64,000 nt of DNA from Giardia intestinalis (Eukaryota): NCBI GenBank assembly GCA_000002435.2, contig CM018790.1. One strand, written 5' to 3'. Positions 61,501-64,000 of the stretch are shown one piece after another (position 1 is the first letter of the stretch; each line of letters opens with the position of its first letter). The notes beneath the pieces are model-generated. The model had not been told where the DNA came from and did not search any database. It saw only the letters and a program-made list of their open reading frames with translations. The translations under genes were made by a program, and so were the position numbers.

Positions 61501-62535
61501 GCTAGAGATGCTGGAAATATTATTCTTCTAGACAATAGCTTCAATAGCATTGTCACGGGAGTCATGGAGGGTCGCCTGATTTTCGAGAACCTCCGCAAGT
61601 CTCTAGCCTACACCATTACGTCAGCGGTTCCCCAACTGCTGCCCTTCCTACTCTTTGTCCTCTTCGGCTTCCCTAACGCCATGTCTAGCATAATGATCTT
61701 GCTTGTGGACGTCTTCAGCGACATCTGGCCAGCCTTTGCCATGGCCTATGAAGGCGAAGAAACCGATATAATGATAAGGCCTCCGCGTGATCTGAAGAAA
61801 GATACTCTTATCGATGGACGTTTGCTTGGTTTCGCCTACGGGCAGATGGGAATTATACAAGCCCTTGCACTCATATGTACGTTTATGTTAACGATCCTCT
61901 CTGAGATACGTGCCAGATTTATTTTCCAAGATGATACTAAAGTTGATCTTCTTAACACTACAAAACTGTTTGTTGATATCAAACACAGTGTGTTTCCTGA
62001 GCGGCTTGCAGGCTATATTAAGGACTTTCTGAGCAAGAACGGATCCACAATAGCAGACTCTTACAGAGGCTCTATTCCAATTAAAGACGCAAACGACCTA
62101 GATGCCATACGCAAAGTTGCTGACGATATATTTTATTACGGCCAAACCGCATCTTTCATCAGTGTTATAGAATCACAATTCTTTGATGCAATTGTGTCTA
62201 GGACGCGCCTAAACTCCATATTCAAGCAGAAAATGAACTGGATGATGCTAGGTGGGCTGTTCCTTCAGATAGGTCTTGCTGCTGCATTTGCGTACATCCC
62301 CATCTTCCACGTCGCGTTTCTAACTCGCTCCATATCTGGTATGTCCTGGGTATGGACACTTCCGTTCTGTGCCTTCATGTTCTTCTATGATGAAATGCGC
62401 AAGCTCGTTCTCCGTCTATGCAATCCAAACCGTATTTTCGATCCATCAAAGCCCAACGAGAGACGTCCCACTGGAAAGAGCGCTAAAGGAATTAATAAGC
62501 TTCGTGATAGGACGTGGAGATACTGGTCTTGGTAA
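58528..62535 (+). CDS. P-type cation-transporting ATPase, type IIC/IID-like (Na,K/H,K/ENA family), 1335 aa with lineage-specific insertions.
   Basis: [23 protein letters not shown] (Na,K-ATPase [23 protein letters not shown]), phosphorylation site [24 protein letters not shown], and the hinge [24 protein letters not shown]. About 10 TM helices. ATG verified at 58528 after cattttaaaaatctgtggaATG. Confidence 0.9.
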   Translation: [1335 protein letters not shown]

Positions 62536-62593
62536 TGCGTTGTCTGGCTTCATGACTATCCTTCTATTGTTGTAAATTGATTCACGACTTAAG

Positions 62594-63637
62594 CTACACA
62601 ATTGTGCTTGACTTTGCGCCACAATTAAGTGAGAAAGACACCTTGATGATGCAATCAGAGTCAGTATTAGCAGAGCCTATCACGTCTCTTGTGTGTATGC
62701 AGATGGAACCATACTGCTGGTGCTTTAACTCTATTTGCATGCATAGCTCCTCGAGGTCTTTTTCAGATGGCCGGCTGTTGCTGTGAATGGTTAAAATGAC
62801 TGCACAGTGCATTCTCTGAAAGGGTCCTTTTAGATCTATTGTGCCCCGGCTAATTGATATTTCACGGAGATCCAGCATCCCAACTGCCAATGAGCCGAAG
62901 ATTAACGTTCCGTGTTCATTGGAGACGCGTAAGTACGGTATCGTGGCCATATAGCCCTTGTTTTTGATTAGCTTCGCAAGGTATGCGTGACATGGATAGG
63001 TCCTAAGGGCCCGGTTAGGGTAATATGATTTAAGCTTATAGTCTGCATGGGATAGCTGAAGGGATCGGCGCATTTGCATGTGCTCTTCTTTAAGTATCTG
63101 CGAACACAGCTGGGAACTTTGCATAAGCTGGCTCTGGCTCATGCAATCAGTAACAGTATCTAGCAGCTGTGAAACTTGCATAGTAGTTATGTGCTGGGTT
63201 GAACTGTCCATCTGTCGTCTAGAGCTTAGACATTCTGCAGTTGAAACAATCGATGCTATGTCAGGTTGCGAGAGCTGATTGGGTTGTTGAGGCAGTGGAA
63301 CCATGGAGGGTGACAGAGTTGGTTGATGAGGTGGCAGGATGTGATTTTGCCGTGGTAGCTCGTGCCATGCCGGCACAGATAAGTCTGTCTGCAGCTGAAC
63401 CTGTCTGCTATCCAATACGTCTAGATCCACTTGCTGCTCCTGATATTCTCCAGATTGCCCCGTATATTTGATAAGAAAAAGTGCGGGGGAGACGCTTGGC
63501 TGTTGACATGACTGTTGATGCTGATGCTGCTGTTCGAGAACTACGGGTGCAGGTGTATGTGCGGAACACAGGTGTATGTGCTCAAGCTGTGCTTCTGTAA
63601 AGGCACCTGCCAGATTGAAACTGAAGCTGTGAATCAT
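62594..63637 (-). CDS. Hypothetical Gln-rich protein (347 aa).
   Basis: ATG verified at 63635-63637. Q-rich N-terminal half (EQQHQHQQSCQQP...). No recognisable domain by eye. Confidence 0.5.
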   Translation of the reverse strand: MIHSFSFNLAGAFTEAQLEHIHLCSAHTPAPVVLEQQHQHQQSCQQPSVSPALFLIKYTGQSGEYQEQQVDLDVLDSRQVQLQTDLSVPAWHELPRQNHILPPHQPTLSPSMVPLPQQPNQLSQPDIASIVSTAECLSSRRQMDSSTQHITTMQVSQLLDTVTDCMSQSQLMQSSQLCSQILKEEHMQMRRSLQLSHADYKLKSYYPNRALRTYPCHAYLAKLIKNKGYMATIPYLRVSNEHGTLIFGSLAVGMLDLREISISRGTIDLKGPFQRMHCAVILTIHSNSRPSEKDLEELCMQIELKHQQYGSICIHTRDVIGSANTDSDCIIKVSFSLNCGAKSSTIV

Positions 63638-63652
63638 TCGTAAAAAAGATAA

Positions 63653-64000
63653 ATGGAGCAGCTCAGTAATATTCTTTATGAGTACGCCACAAGTCCCAGC
63701 GAGCCCATAGCGTCAGTAGGAGAGTATCTAGCCAATCCTATTTCTTCTTCTGTATTAGAGAAAATCTTTTTGAATCTCGACACCTTTGCTGCTGAGTACA
63801 GCAACAAGGGGGAAGAGTTACTGGCGCGCGAAATTGTACTCTCGATCTTGCAGCGAGATGACTCATTTCTTAGCACCCCTGCCGGGATTGATAGACTAAG
63901 AGATTTATCTGGCAACTTGCTCTGCGAGATGTGCAGCCGGCTTCATCAGTGGGTAACGGAGGAGTCTGCGCTGACGGAAGAAGCACTTACGCTAGCCTCT
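63653..64000 (+). CDS. Hypothetical protein, N-terminal 116 codons. The ORF runs off the window end and is absent from the supplied track because it has no stop.
   Basis: Manual translation from ATG 63653 (preceded by an in-frame TAA and the AT-rich stretch aaaaaagataa) gives MEQLSNILYEYATSPSEPIASVGEYLANPISSSVLEKIFLNLDTFAAEYSNKGEELLAREIVLSILQRDDSF... with no stop to 64000. Confidence 0.45.
   Translation, partial: MEQLSNILYEYATSPSEPIASVGEYLANPISSSVLEKIFLNLDTFAAEYSNKGEELLAREIVLSILQRDDSFLSTPAGIDRLRDLSGNLLCEMCSRLHQWVTEESALTEEALTLAS

Noticed and set aside
1-64000. Prokaryote-type features (CRISPR arrays, operons, rho-independent terminators, defence islands).
   Set aside because: The sequence is eukaryotic (Giardia). 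No direct-repeat/spacer arrays or such features are present. The only large repeats are the VSP palindrome and element A.

Overview
This 64-kb window reads as nuclear DNA of the diplomonad Giardia intestinalis (lamblia), not a prokaryote. The basis is: (i) two identical cysteine-rich type I membrane proteins with CXXC and GGCY motifs, a C-terminal TM helix and the invariant CRGKA tail of variant-specific surface proteins (VSPs), each followed by the VSP extended poly(A) signal ACTTAGATAGTAAAC; (ii) a 375-aa actin matching the divergent Giardia actin ([32 protein letters not shown]...); (iii) an N-terminal Nek-like kinase fused to a long ankyrin array and a separate 942-aa ankyrin-only protein, the classes usually called Protein 21.1 in Giardia; (iv) intron-less genes packed with 15-100 bp intergenic spacers, short AT-rich initiator stretches right at the ATGs, and convergent genes whose stop codons overlap. 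About 24 protein-coding genes fill coordinates 1-1060 and 19-64 kb. In contrast, 1.06-19.0 kb is almost ORF-free apart from the two VSP copies. It is organised as a perfect 5.65-kb inverted repeat (1961-7609 / 13002-18650). Each arm carries one VSP copy plus about 3.5 kb of its upstream sequence, head-to-head around a 5.4-kb unique spacer. The left VSP-bearing arm is additionally bracketed by inverted copies of a 257-bp element (1513-1769 / 8196-8444). This palindromic VSP locus is the most unusual thing in the window and is the main second-look target. Note that the supplied ORF track accepts TTG/GTG/CTG as start codons and includes the stop codon in its coordinates. Where the first ATG lay downstream of the track start (VSPs, actin, cyclase, WD40, STPGR, the giant protein and others) the feature coordinates below use the first ATG, verified in the sequence.
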